Below are positions 23,965-37,038 of a stretch of 64,000 bases of DNA, piece after piece. Location: NCBI GenBank assembly GCA_030295235.1, contig AP026129.1:620001-684000 (forward strand), given 5' to 3'. The stretch is from Fistulifera solaris (taxonomy: Eukaryota). The translations under genes were made by a program, and so were the position numbers. The number at the start of each line of letters is the position of its first letter. Position 1 is the first letter of the stretch. The notes beneath the pieces are model-generated. The model saw only the letters and a program-made list of their open reading frames with translations. It was not told the origin of the DNA and did no database searches.

Positions 23965-25576
23965 TTTAGTTGAGATTGCAATCAATAGAAGAAGCGATGG
24001 TATTAATGATAAAGGTCACAAGTGGTTCCAAAAGAATGGCAAAACTGAACTGTGAAGCACTCCGGACGTTTTCGAAATTGATCAGGTGCATCCGCCTCCG
24101 CGCGAGCCGGGCGTCACCTCAAAGCCCTCAGGAGAGACTACATGAACTCAGATAGTTCGACACGGATCAGAGCATGTTGCTGAACTAGAAAATTCGTCGA
24201 ACAAAAGCGGAGAGGTACACTTTTCAGCTTAGGAAATTTTATCAGTTTCCCGGCGTTTTGCCGCCACATCATGATGTACTATTTAGGGCTTCTTTTGAAA
24301 AAGGATTTCTCGTAAGTAAGGAATGCCACCGTTGGTCGCAATGACTTAGAAAATTCCTTGGAACATCAATATCCTTAACACTGTAGAACAGAATTTTCCA
24401 TTGACAAACCGGTTCTTGGTTTCTAAATATTTGAAAAGCCAAATTTTTCGAGTAATGATACATAGGAGGCATTGGCATTTGGCATGTGCATCCTTTTTCT
24501 CCTCCCCCTTCAGTACCTGGTACTCCACTCGGTAACTTTCTCCATCGGAGACCGATATGAGGCAAAGACTCGGCATTCATTCGCCCCATCAATTGTCGAT
24601 GCACTTCCAAGCGTGCAAAATCGCAAGCTATTGTATATCTTATCTAGCTTCTAGTTGACTTGCTAGTTAGGAGTTTGTTTCTTATACATCCAAGCTGGAC
24701 GAATCCGGCACCTTGATGTGAAATTTTCCATGGTAAAACGCGATCACTTATGTAAAGTAAACATTCAAAATTCTAAGAAACCTCAGTTGACGTAGAAGTG
24801 GACACTCCCAAATCACCATCCCAATGGTTCTTCCAAGCAACCTAGCTAGACCCTCTTCAACCACCCCGTGAGCTAAATTTGTCTCAATCACGTTGAGAAT
24901 CAAGCAGCGTTTGCGCTGCCCACCTCGATGCTCTACGTCAAAACTCCGTTATACTGGCGTAGCGTTCTCTTCTATATTTGCTAGAAAGCCACACTGAAAT
25001 TCGATAAAGCAAGATATTTCGTATTCTTGTACTTGTAGCTAATTGTAACAGTCAACGACATCTTCCGGGACTGGATTGTTTGAGATGGAAGAAATTAGAA
25101 AATACCAGCGCACTGCATTGAATACAAATGTTTTATTGTATCGTTCACGTTCAGCAAGAACCGATAAAATTCAGGTCATCAAAGGGAATATTAGAAGCTA
25201 AAACACAGATTAATTTATTCGTCCAGAGCAATACTATCGACAACAGTTTCCAGGACTGAATTTGTTTGAGTCATGAAATCAAAAGCCAAGTCTACAGTAG
25301 ACTGGACAGTCAATATCGCAGCGTTACGGCTTGATGACGTCCGTCATTTCTTTCCAAATTATTTTTCAATTGCGAATTGGGAACCGCAGATTTTACTACC
25401 GCTACGAGACCGTCGGAAGGATGATGAACATTGGAAATTGGAATGGAGAAGAAGAAAAATCTTCATTAACACGTAGCCGAGCGGACGAGGAAAGTTGTTG
25501 CTGTATGAAGTATAAGAAAAGTTTTGAATCAATCATTGAACGGAGAGCAACGTAGACAGGTATACCCATCGTTGAA

Positions 25577-26926
25577 ATGAATTCTACTGCCAAGCGAATT
25601 CTCGCGTCGTCAAATCGAGCCAATGGACGCGTGCTCTGTCGTAGTCGCTTAAATAATGTACATCGCTGCAATTTGCTGCAGCAGCAAAGATCTCTAGCTT
25701 CTTCGGTTGGATTGAGCGTCCCCGAAGGTTTCAAAGACACTGTAAAGAAGACAATACTCGATCATGCTTTGCGCGAAGACTCCCGGTTGTGGCAAAGCAC
25801 AGGTGACGACCCTCTCGATGACTTGGATTTAGAGTTTGAAACAACTCGCTACTGGCCTAGCCTTCCTCCTGGCGTAGAAACCATCGATCCCATTGCGATT
25901 TCATCAAAAGAAATCGTCAAATTGGTTGAATCGATTCGTGATGACATGCTCAACACAGAACATCCGGTCTTACAGAAAGCTGCGACTTACTTTTTTCAGT
26001 CGGCTGCGGATGGCGGGAAAAAAGTTCGTCCCATGCTTGTGCTGTTACTTTCCCGAGCTCTTTCTGATCACATCGCTACCGCGCATCAACCGGTCACGTC
26101 TTCGTCGCTACTACCACCCGCACTCGAATGGCAGCGTCCCGAACTTCCCGACCTCAATCGCCGTTTGGCGGAGGTGACGGAAATCTTCCACACCGCCAGT
26201 TTACTACACGACGATGTACTCGATGATGCTGATCAGCGCCGGAATCTGCCAGCTCTGCACACGCAATTTGGCGCTAAAATTGCGGTTCTTGCTGGTGATT
26301 TTCTCCTCGCTAAAGCATGTGTTACTTTGGCGAAAATGGGGGACTTACGAACCGTTCAAGCAATGTCCACTGTGTTAGAGCATCTCGTGTTGGGCGAAGT
26401 GATGCAGATCCGTGGACCAAAAGCTGATGGACAAAAGAGCCGTTTGCGAGTCTACCTCAAGAAAAACTTTTACAAAACTGCCAGCCTCATGGCTCTGTCT
26501 TGCAAAAGCGTCGGCTTTTTGGGCGAGTATCCAGACGAACTCATCGATGTAGCATATCGGTTCGGGAAACATGCCGGAATGGCATTCCAACTGGTCGATG
26601 ATGCTCTAGACTATGAAGGCACTGCGCAGCACTTGGGCAAACCGTCCATGGCTGATTTACGCTCTGGATTGGCAACTGCTCCTGTATTATTTGCTGCTCA
26701 GGAACATACCGAATTAATACCCATGATCGATCGCAAATTTAAAGGGAACGGCGATGTAGAACGTGCCATTGAAATAGTTTTTCGGTCCGACGGGATTGAG
26801 AGGACCAAGGAATTGGCTATCCTTCACGCGGAACGCGCTATGGATGCTCTGCTCGAATTGAATCCTTCTCCAAGTCGGGATGCATTGATCCAACTAGCAT
26901 ATCGCGTTGTTGCAAGAACAAGATAA
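25577..26926 (+). CDS. Long-chain trans-polyprenyl diphosphate synthase (COQ1/PDSS1/SPS-like), probably mitochondrial
   Basis: GGKKVRP, HTASLLHDDVLDDADQRR (FARM), AVLAGDFLL, YKTASL, AFQLVDDALD (SARM), DLRSGLATAPVL. Arg-rich N-terminus. Confidence 0.93.
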   Translation: MNSTAKRILASSNRANGRVLCRSRLNNVHRCNLLQQQRSLASSVGLSVPEGFKDTVKKTILDHALREDSRLWQSTGDDPLDDLDLEFETTRYWPSLPPGVETIDPIAISSKEIVKLVESIRDDMLNTEHPVLQKAATYFFQSAADGGKKVRPMLVLLLSRALSDHIATAHQPVTSSSLLPPALEWQRPELPDLNRRLAEVTEIFHTASLLHDDVLDDADQRRNLPALHTQFGAKIAVLAGDFLLAKACVTLAKMGDLRTVQAMSTVLEHLVLGEVMQIRGPKADGQKSRLRVYLKKNFYKTASLMALSCKSVGFLGEYPDELIDVAYRFGKHAGMAFQLVDDALDYEGTAQHLGKPSMADLRSGLATAPVLFAAQEHTELIPMIDRKFKGNGDVERAIEIVFRSDGIERTKELAILHAERAMDALLELNPSPSRDALIQLAYRVVARTR

Positions 26927-27053
26927 AATAATACAATGACAATAATTTTTAGTCATGACTAGTACAATTGTGGCTGTGAGGCCAACGTCCAGCAATTCTA
27001 AGTTCGACTTCCATCAAAACGCTTCAATATTGGCTATCATGGCAAGGCGTCGA

Positions 27054-28842
27054 TTAGAATGGAAGTCCAAGTTTATGCGGTTGAATCAATTCATCAATAA
27101 TAACTTTCGACATATCTTGGAGCTCTGCTTCGACGACAGTTTTGGGAACCCCTGGCTGCCCTCGTGCCTCGATGTAGTATTTAAACTTGGGTTCCGTGCC
27201 ACTTGCACGGAATTGCGCGACGCAACCATTGTCGAATCGAAGGGTAAGCATCGGCGACGACTTCGAAGTAGGCAGAGTTGGTTGACGATCAGTTGTCGTT
27301 GAATCATAAGCTGGAACTCCCAGATAACGAATGGATGATATGGCGTACGGCCCAACCGCTTTTAAGTCCGACCAAGAACTGCCGCCGTATTTCTCCATTT
27401 GCTTCATTATTTGTAAGCTAACACTAGTATCCTTTATGAAGAAGTATCCATTGTTTGATACGAATTCACCGTATGTGTCATGGAGAGATTGCAACTGGTT
27501 CTGTAGTGTTTTGCCCTGTTTGTATACGTAACAGGCAAGTTCGGCCATGGCAAGTAAAGCGGATATTCCGTCCTTATCAAAAACAATTCCGCCACAGCAG
27601 TAACCAATGGCTTCTTCATACGCAAAAAGAGATCTGTAACCTTCCTTTTCTTGCAGCTCTTGGGCACGGCTGCCTATCCATTTGAAGCCAGTCAATGTTT
27701 CCTCGAATTTGAATCCTTCCACTCGAGCCATTTCTAGTAAAAATTTGGACGATACGGTGCTCGCGCACATTGCAATCTTTTGATCCTTGTTGTTGTACCA
27801 CATCCACCATCCCAGTAAGCTGCCAATTTCATCCCCCTTAAATGTTTTCCATTTTCCGTCGGAAAATTCGGCAACAGCCAGCCGGTCTGCATCGGGATCG
27901 TTCGCGAGTACTATTTGGCAATTGTTCTTTTGTGCAAACTCCTGTGCCAAATCCAGCGCACCCTTTTCTTCTGGATTGGGAAACTGGACGGTTGGAAAAC
28001 TTGCATCTGGTTCTTGTTGAGAAATAACACTTTCAAAAAGAGGGAAACCAAATGTCGCGAACGCACGAACCGCGAAGCGATGCCCGACGCCGTGCATGGC
28101 CGTATAACAAAATTTCGGAACTGGATTGGCCTGTTTTGTGTTTAAACATGAATCGTGTAATGTTTGAAAATATGCATCTATCATTTCTTTCGTTTTCGAG
28201 GGGTCAGAGAGACCATAACACGGATCGTCATGTTGCTTCATTTTTAACATGTTCGCATAGTCAGTCCACGGCGTCAAGTTTTCCAGGATGGATGCCGCTA
28301 TGCTTTGATCCACAGGTGAACGAATTTGGCACGCATTATTCCAATAAACTTTGTAGCCCGCGTCTTGCTTCGGATTGTGCGAGGCAGTTATCATAATACC
28401 AACGTCAGCAGAAGATAGTGTCATACTAAACGGCACCAGTGGTGTTGCTACGTATCCATCCAAGAGCAAGCAGTCCCAGCCTGCGTGCTCAAATACAAGC
28501 GCTGAATAAACGGCAAACATCCGTGACGAAAGCTTCCAGTGTTGTTCTTCACGATGATCATAGCCGATGACGACGCGTAGCTTGTTCTTTCGATCCAAAA
28601 ATTCTTTTTTCACAGTACCGCACAATCCCTTGAGCGGCCTGTATTACGACTAAATCATTCATAGAGCACGGACCTGGCTGCATGGCGGCACGCAAACCTG
28701 CAGTTCCAAACGAAATGCGATCTCCGCCGAACAGCTTGCAGATCATCTTCGTGTCATCGGCATGATCTTTTACATACTGGGAGGTGACGGGGTTCGGATC
28801 TTGACTTGCCCATTGGAGGGCTTTTTCATGTAATTCATTCAT
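27054..28842 (-). CDS. PGM2: Phosphoglucomutase-2 / phosphopentomutase (alpha-D-phosphohexomutase); frameshift near 28607
   Basis: FGTAGLRAAM, VIGYDHR, catalytic ITASHNP, metal loop NDPDADR, ETLTGFKW, YEEAIGY, DKDGI, RASGTEPKFKYY. Confidence 0.9.
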
Positions 28843-29558
28843 CTGATGATCTTAATGTCTTTGCTTTCAAATGAAGAGCAGTTGTAACTTTGTCTTGCAT
28901 GTTCTGAAATTGGACCGAATGATGTTAACGTTCTTGTGACACGCGACGAGAACGTTGAACTCTCTGTCCCGTATATCACACTTTTGCCTAACGAAACACG
29001 GATTGAACGTCACATTGAACCAATCTTTGTCTGCAGTCGTGATTGCCGGTACGATGAAGTGGCAACATAGTAGTGACGTGTTTGTCTTTTCGCGGGCATA
29101 ATCCGTTGCAATTGCATCATTGGAAGAACGAGAGGAGCGAAACGTGTTGTTTCGTTGTCTTGTCCACAGTCAATGTCTGTCGGTTGCAAGCGGTATTGTT
29201 TTTCATTCAATTGAGGAAGGCAAGCTCCTAAATAAAATAATTGATCATTCCACTTTACGTCATAGTTCAATCACGATACGACACGCATCCACGTAGGTGT
29301 CCATCGAATGGCACTGACGTCTGTCATCCGGACACTTCTGCTCATACGTATGTGCGGCGGAGCAAAAACTGTACTGTTCAACACGTAGAGATCCACGATT
29401 TTTACTGGTGAAGACGACGAACCACTCAAACATCAAACGACGATCGCGTTGTGAAAACGCCCACGCTTCTCGTTGCGTTACAACCACTTTTTGTTGCCTT
29501 TCTTTTTACAGAGCACTCGATTCAGCAATTACACCATAATAAAACAATAATCTGTAAA

Positions 29559-30014
29559 ATGTTGGCACGATCTGTCCTTGTCCTTCTGGCCCTATTTTGC
29601 GGCGTCGTCAATTGCTTTACTGTTGCTCCTAAACCAGTTGCAGCTGTACGATGCTCGACGACCACACCGCTTTTCATGTCCACCGCTACTGTGGAAAAGG
29701 TTGGAACAGGTCCAGCCGTTTTGGATCGACCAACGGTGAAAGAAGCTCCCGTAGAAGAGCGCCGGCGAATGGGAAGTGAAGCCTGGGAAGTTCGAATCTA
29801 CAACGACCGCATGAATACAAGAGAGCATGTCGCCCGTGCTCTGGTGCAAGTAACCGGAATGTCAGAAATGGGTGCTTACCAAACCATGATGCAGGCACAC
29901 CAAAATGGAATTGCCGTAGTCGGTCGATGGGTGTACGAAATTGCGGAAATGTATCACGATGCTTTGAAGAAGAACGGTATCGTATGCGATATTGTCCCTG
30001 TCGAGGAAGAGTAG
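29559..30014 (+). CDS. clpS: Plastid-targeted ClpS N-recognin adaptor
   Basis: Signal peptide ending VNC-F. WEVRIYNDRMNTREHVARAL...AYQTMMQAHQNGIAVV...AEMYHDAL is the ClpS core. Confidence 0.85.
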   Translation: MLARSVLVLLALFCGVVNCFTVAPKPVAAVRCSTTTPLFMSTATVEKVGTGPAVLDRPTVKEAPVEERRRMGSEAWEVRIYNDRMNTREHVARALVQVTGMSEMGAYQTMMQAHQNGIAVVGRWVYEIAEMYHDALKKNGIVCDIVPVEEE

Positions 30015-31014
30015 AGATTCTACCGTTTCGAATCTCTTTTACGCTGTCCAGACGACTTGATCTATATTGTTTCGAAATATATTTAGTTGACTGCTTGTAA
30101 TTATGTTCCGGGTTGTGGAGATAGACGGAGCAGGTGAATAACCGATGTATAACTAAAACACTTTTCCTTCTCTCGCCCTGAATAATTATTCAAAGAATTA
30201 AGACTCTTGCTTTAGGTTTCTTTCGTGTAGATAAAACTTGTTAGAAACAGGCCTGGGGATAAGAACAGTTGATTCGTGTGTGTATAGTAGTCGTTTCCAA
30301 CGAAATTGGCAGAAAAATCGCCAACACAAAGATAAACACTAATTGATCGTGGCATGTTACAAGTACGGTGGTGCTTTCGCCTAGTAAAGAATATAAGGCG
30401 TGCAACCACGACCGTTCTCTTCGGTTCGATTCCTTGTCCAATAAGGTAACATCAACAATATAAATTCCTGGCGGATCAGGGTTGGGAGATGGTATTGACT
30501 GCGCAAGCATCACAACTCTCTCTTTTAAAGTAGCTGTGTCTATAATCTAACTGGGTAATGAGCAAATGCTATCTCTCGAAACCAGTGTCGTCTCATGGAG
30601 GAATCCATTAGACGGCAGCGCTTGATTTGTCAGCTTTGGGCATCACCCAAGCACTTCAGACACTACACGATGAATCTTGAGTATGCCGATCGTAGGGGAC
30701 TTACGGAAACGAACTTTCGAACGCAAAGAACCAGAAATAACACAAGGGGTTCCGATTTCGAACAAAAAGCGCCGAAAATGTGAGGACGAATCAAATACCG
30801 GTTCGTGTCAGAAGCGGTACAGTAGACGTTTTCTTCTTCCACATGGAAGATGAGAACGGTGGGCAAGTTGAGGATGAAGTTTCGTTGCTGTTGTTGATGT
30901 TCATCATATTATTTATGCGCCTTTCAAAAGGTGAATGCACCTTAACTAATTATATTCATTGTTTAGCAACACGGTGTCGAGTCTTGTAATCTTCTCTGCT
31001 GATTTCATACGATT

Positions 31015-32128
31015 ATGACGAACAAATCTTTTTTAAGTACTCTTGCGGTGATGGCTAGCTGCGGCATCCTCTCCAGTCAAGCTTTCATGGTCACGCGACC
31101 AAGCCCAGCAATCCGCACTTCCACTTCGTTAGCTTCATGGAATGAAATCGTCAATCGCTTCGATACTATCAAATCTGCTGGCTACAACAACAGTCGTGAC
31201 ACGACTAGCCCATCGTCGATCGTGAAAACGGCGGGCTTCTCGATCAAAAGCATTCACAACCCCAAACTTTACATTGCCCTTGCTGGACTGGCTGGCTTAA
31301 AATGGATGTCGCTGTTTCGAAACCCGCTCTATTATTTCTTTCTGGGGTTCTGCTACAAATGGTATCGCGCTCGTTATGTGTTCAAAATTCCCGTGTGGGA
31401 TCGACAGCCGAACTGGAACAATGTGATTACCTCGAAAGAGCAAGAAAAGGAATTGAAAGCGTATACTTGTAAAAAGTGTGGATCGACTATATTCATTGCC
31501 AAGTCACGAGAATTCTTCTTTGAAGGAAAGACGGGTATTGGTGGATTGGGTTGCTTCAATTGTGGTGCCAGGGGTAAGGAAAATTTTGTCATGGATCGCG
31601 ATCGCATTGTGGAAGATGTAGCAGATATGGATGACTATTTTGAATATGAGCGTCCTTTAGATTTTGTTTCGCGAGCAGAGCGACGTGATTTGCTCAAATT
31701 GACTCAGGGTGATGAAGAAAAGGCGAATCAGATCTTGGTAGACCGTGCTAACGCACAAATGGGAATAGCGCCCACAAGGAATGCTGTGGATACCGCCATC
31801 GTAGAGTCTGGTCCCGGCATAGAGTCGAATGAATTGGGAAGCGAGTCGGAAGAGGAAGGGCAATCTATTGATTCTCGAACAGATACTGCGGAAACAATCG
31901 AAATTGTGAATGGCGAGAAAGAACTTGAGACGACTCGGGTCGAGCCTATTCAAGAAAAGCATACTTCTGTTCCTATTCCAGAACCCATGGTCGATGAGAA
32001 TACGTCAGTATCGAAAGCGCAAAGTCTGAGCGAGAGGAAACCAAAAGCTGCCTCCAAACCATTGCGCCCTCCCCCTCCCCCCGGCAAATGAAGAACTCGA
32101 TCTATCTGAGTTAGACATGGATCTTTAA
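31015..32128 (+). CDS. Plastid-targeted membrane protein with rubredoxin/zinc-ribbon-like CxxC...CxxC
   Basis: Signal peptide ending SQA-F, hydrophobic segment, YTCKKCG...CFNCGA. Stop is at 32091 as assembled; removing one C from the runs at 32071-32082 extends it to PANEELDLSELDMDL* at 32128. Confidence 0.7.
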
Positions 32129-33269
32129 TTAGTCTACCTAATTTATCAGTAACTCCTTAATGAATTAATTTACTTTCTGTTTCGTACAAAACCTCGGCAA
32201 CGCATTTCAACCACATATTCAACGAGAATTACACCAAGGAAGATATATATGCGCAGACAATTTCCGCGAAAAGGTTCTACGTAGTACCTGGTAACTTTTT
32301 TATTTCAAGTCGACGAAGTGAACTCTAAAATGCAAACAAATATTAATTGAAGGTCAATTCTAATGTCGATTAACGTTAAGGCGATAATGGCATTGGTGCA
32401 GAATAGAGCCATAGGTAAATCCTGTGATCTATAATAGCTCGATAGAGCTAAAGAATAATGATGTGTGATCGGTGCCCCCTTTGTCAATAAATTTCCCTAC
32501 CTGGTACGAGGGCTACATGCAATACACGTAGACATTCGAAGCGTTGCATCTCACCTATTGATGTCAAATGATGTCGATTGTTGGTAAGGGTTTCCACATA
32601 TGTAGCAGCCTCTTTTCAATCAATAGTCTAACTACACCTATAGCATTTTTGCTTGAAAAATACTAGTGTGGTCAATTTATACGGGACTGCATTGTGATTG
32701 AGTCAGGGGATTTGTGAACGGATACTATGCGCTATGGTAAGCATTGACTGCTATCTCAAGAATCGCAATCGCCGTCATCATTCGACAACAGCATCACTTC
32801 CTGGTAAAGTCTTATCATCAATTAAAAACAATGTTTTCTCTTGATTCAAGGTACCGGTACCTAAAGCTGTGCATCAAGAGTTTTTAAGCATGCATTGGGC
32901 CGTTTCATTTTCCGGGACTAAAATTTATTGAGTCGGATAATAGCCAAGTCTACACTAGAAACCACACTACATGCGCATTCAGTCGCAGCGTGGGAAATGA
33001 CGTCATAAGTCACGAAAGGTCATTGACGACTGCCCTCTACACATAAAAGGATACTATGGCAGAGCCGTTGAGTGCCTCGGTTTTGCGCATTGTGCTCGTT
33101 GCGGTTTGCGTTCTCTCCGTTTTTTTTGTTGTGAGGCCCTTGCGTCGTGCACGAACCAGAGGACCGTTTCTCCTCCTATTTACTTTGTATTCATTTCGAT
33201 CCCCGTTTTGTTTGACTCGTGAGAAGCTACATTTTATTTTTTTTATATTAAAGTAATCAAAGTAGAACC

Positions 33270-34095
33270 ATGGGAGACGCAAAAATCCGCTGTGCTTTGG
33301 CTTACCGCATCGACGGTGGTTCGGCCGTCTGTTTGGCCAAGTATGACCACGCGAACGAATACGAAGCGTCCGGAGGAGCCGGAGGAGAGCTGTACGGTGG
33401 AAAGAATCAAGATTACGCTGCCGCTGTTGCGAAAGTGATAGAGAATGATCCTCCGTCGGGCTTGTCGGAAGCAGGAACGATTGGAGGTTTCAAAGTGGTG
33501 CAATCGGATATGCACCAAGTCATTTACGGAGCGGATACGGATGCTGTTTGTAAGTATTTCGGTTGTAAAGGATGATTTATTTACGTAAACAAATGAGCTC
33601 ATGTATATTTCCTTTTTGCCATGAAACGCAGGCTTGGCTGTCATCACTGGTCTAAAGTACCCTTCTCGGGTTGCGATTAAGATGTTGCAAGAGCTATACA
33701 AGGACTTTATGGACGGTTTCGGATCTAGTGCTAAGACGGCTGCGGTTAACTCGTTGACGAAGAAAGCAAAGAACACGCTGAAGGATGCCTGCACCAAGTA
33801 TGACGATTTGAGTAAGGTCGACAAAGCTTCTACGCTTCTCGGAAAAGTTGATGAAGTCAAATCTTCCATGCAATCCAACATTGCCAACATGTTGAAAAAC
33901 ACGGAAAAAGCCGAGTCCTTGGCAGAAAAATCGGATCAGTTGAACGAACAGGCGTCTGTATTCAAAAAGCGATCCACTAGTTTGAAGCAGCAAATGGCAT
34001 GGAAGAACATGAAAATGACTTTGTTGCTAGGTGGACTCATCCTCGTCATCTTGATAGTCATCCTCGCTCCTGTAATCAATGCGATGAAAAACTAA
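33270..34095 (+). CDS. Longin-type R-SNARE (VAMP7-like synaptobrevin); intron 33550-33631
   Basis: Longin-like N-terminus, then DKASTLLGKVDEVKSSMQSNIANMLKNTEKAESLAEKSDQLNEQASVFKKRSTSLKQQMAWKN and a C-terminal TM. Confidence 0.85.
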
Positions 34096-34160
34096 CGAAT
34101 TTTAAGAATAATTGCTTATTTTCTTATTTATAGTATAATGAGCTTTAGAATCAAATATAG

Positions 34161-36566
34161 CTAGAACTTGGCGGGTGCGCGTGATTGTTTCATTCTCTTG
34201 GAAATGGGCTGAATTACCTGCCCGGGACGAACGAGAATCTCCGGTCGTGTCATGTCTTTGAAACTATTCGTTACATTCCACTCACGCCCGATACCACCTG
34301 CCATGGCTCGCTCGTATTCTTCGCGCGTCTTGTATGGATAAGGAATCTCAGCTATCATGCACGAATCCGCCAGTCGTTTGACGCGGCGCTCGGACAGGAT
34401 CACACGAGGCTTGGCAGCATCCTGTCTCTGTCGTTCAGGAAGCTTCGGTGGAGGCTGAAACTTCTTGGGTAGTTTTTTAGGCAAGAGAGGCGGCGGGGCG
34501 CCTTTGCCTGTCCATGATCCCCAACCTGACGATGTAAGTTCTTTTTTATTTTCGTTTCCTTTTCCTTTTCTTGTTATCAGGGTCTTCCTTTTCTTCAAAC
34601 TCCTTCTTTTCGAGAGCAAATTCTTCCTCAGCGTCACCTGATGTAGCAAAAGCCCTGCGGACCAGCTCCTCCTGTGAAAGCATAGTGATATATTTCTTGT
34701 TATTTTCAGCAGTTTGTTTTGGGTCCTTGTTATTTTCCGTTTCCGCGTCCTGTTTCTGTTGCACTTCCTCTTGTCTGACTTCTGGGATCAGAGTAACGGC
34801 ACTTTCCACACTGACTGAAACATTATTAACCTTCACTTTCTTCGAGGGTTCTTTGTTTTCTTTCTTCTCGGAGGGAAGCCAAGGGTTGTCCTCTTGTCTA
34901 CTCTGGGATAGTGTAGGCCGGTCGACGCTACCTTTCTCGTTTTTCTGCCGCTTCGTCGGAGGACCTCCAGCTTCCTGTGATCCACCAGTATCGCTAGGTT
35001 TTATTACCTTGGTAAACTCACTTGCCGATGATCCCAGGTCAACACTAAAACTAGACTCTACCGCTGTGGCAGTTGTGCTACAGAACTGTAGTGTCGAGGC
35101 AATCATCGCACCATCGTTGAGCAAGCTTGTCATTTCAGCGTTGGATGCTACTTTTTTCTTACGAGCGCTGGATTTGTCTTCTGATTTCAAATCGTCTCTT
35201 GGTCTACCTTCGTCTTCATCGTGTTCGAGACGGTCGTTTTCTTCAAGTTCCATGAGAAGTTCTCGTGCTTCTTGGCGAGCTCGTTCACGTTCTCGTTGGA
35301 GGCCTCGTTGCATGAAAGCAAGCTTGAAGAGTCCCTTTGTTCCTCCCCATCGGCGTCATTGTTCTCGGTATCTTCCAAAAGTTTTTTCGCGGTTGCAACT
35401 AAATCATCGTCAGAGTCATCACTTTCATCCCCATTTCGACTCGTCTTCATTTTCTTGAGCAAGTCGTCGCCTCGCCTCAATTGAGCGGATAATGCCTTCC
35501 TGGTATCAAGATCAACATTTTTGCCTCTCTTCAGAATGTGCTTTGCCCATTTACTGGTGTTCTTGTGTGCCAGAGTCATGCGTTCTTTCATGCGTTCCAT
35601 TTCTTCCTTTTCTTGCAGTTCGCGTTCCAATTCGGGATTTTCGGCAATACCGGCCTCCATCTCGGACTCTTTTTGTCGTTCACGTTGCTTCTTTCTAATA
35701 CGACGATACTTTTTCGACTTGATTTTGTTAATATGATGGCGTTTTTGTTCTTCGTAGAACATGAGAGCCCTCATTTTGGCCAGCTGTCCACGGCGTTGTT
35801 TGTATTCTTCAAGCGTAATTTCGTTTTCGCCCAAAGCGTCAATAGCTTGTTCTTCGGCTCGTATTAAAGCTGCCTCGTCTTCTTGTCCGGCTGCTTTCAG
35901 TGCTTCGTGCATTTCCCTTTCAAAGTCAGTGGTTGGCACAAACGAATCGATCATCCTTTCCGTGGTAATTTTGTTCGCGCCCTCCATATGCGGACGAAAA
36001 TCGAGAGTCTCCGCCTGTCGGTTCTCTTGAACGGCCTCGATCCAGGACGATACTTCTTTGCTCTGTTGCTGATAATTGACCCGACGTTGCGCGCGCTCCG
36101 AAACTACGCGGGCCGCCGGAGTTGACGTTGCGCTCTTTCCGATCATTCCTTTCAATTTCTTTTGAACGGCACCAAACTCACTGGTATCTTTAATATTATC
36201 TACCAGGGCGTCTAACGTGAGCTTCGTACCCTTGATCACTGTCGAAGAGAATGGATCTTCTTTGATGTAATTGGTGATATTGTGAGTTTCTGTTTTGGGT
36301 TCGTCGTTTTCGGTCTTATCCAAATTATTTAGAAGGTCCAGCATATACTGCCCTCCGTCTCCTTCCTCTTCGTCGTCTTCCAAGTCCGACCCATCCTCTG
36401 ATTCTGACTCCGACTTTTCATCGTCTTCCTCGTTGCGTTTTTGAAAGAACATTCCGTACTTTCGCTCATCGTCGGAATTGAAGGCTTCGTCTTCATCGAT
36501 TTCTTCGTCTTCGTCCGATGGAATATCGTCCCTAATCTGCGGTTGCTTTTTTTGTTTTCTTCCCAT
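34161..36566 (-). CDS. UTP14: U3 snoRNP-associated protein UTP14; frameshifts near 35340 and 34565
   Basis: LAKMRALMFYEEQKRHHINKIKSKKYRRIRKK, ERMTLAHKNTSKWAK, KGLFKLAFMQ (after repair), QEELVRRAF, GWGSWTGKG, IGREWN. Confidence 0.92.
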
Positions 36567-37038
36567 GTTGCAACTTCGTCTGCTGGTTGAATTAGAATTA
36601 CGCGATGAGGAATGAGTTGAATTCGTTCCGACCTGTTTTTCTTTTCGGTTGTTGTTGTGTTTTTTTCTTGGATGATGTGGGGACGAGGAAGGAGCGAGCT
36701 CAGAACCTATTACTTGGTAGTCGGTGTTAACTACTCCGTATTATGGAACGAGTTAATTACTAGCTAGGGAGAGAGAGAAAAAAAGAAGCAGTACCTGGTA
36801 CCAGTATTGTTTCGAAGCAAACAATCGCATTCTGCATATTTCGTATGAACAGAATTCCGCATGCGTCTTTATTATTTCCTTGTCGTTCTTCAACCGAGTG
36901 CCTTTTTCCAATGTTCTGCGATGACATTTCTTGCGTTTTCGCTCATTGATTCAGTTGAAAACCTGACCAAGTCATATACTGTAAACACCAAACATGATAA
37001 TTGCCTTTGTGAATTTGCAATGCATTGTAACTATAACT

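Noticed and set aside
24000..25570. Long intergenic region, possibly transposon debris
   Set aside because: No terminal repeats, transposase or RT motifs, or convincing ORF found by eye.
30370..30440. GGTTCGATTCC B-box-like sequence suggesting a tRNA or SINE
   Set aside because: The flanks do not form a T-stem or acceptor stem, and there is no convincing A-box or cloverleaf.
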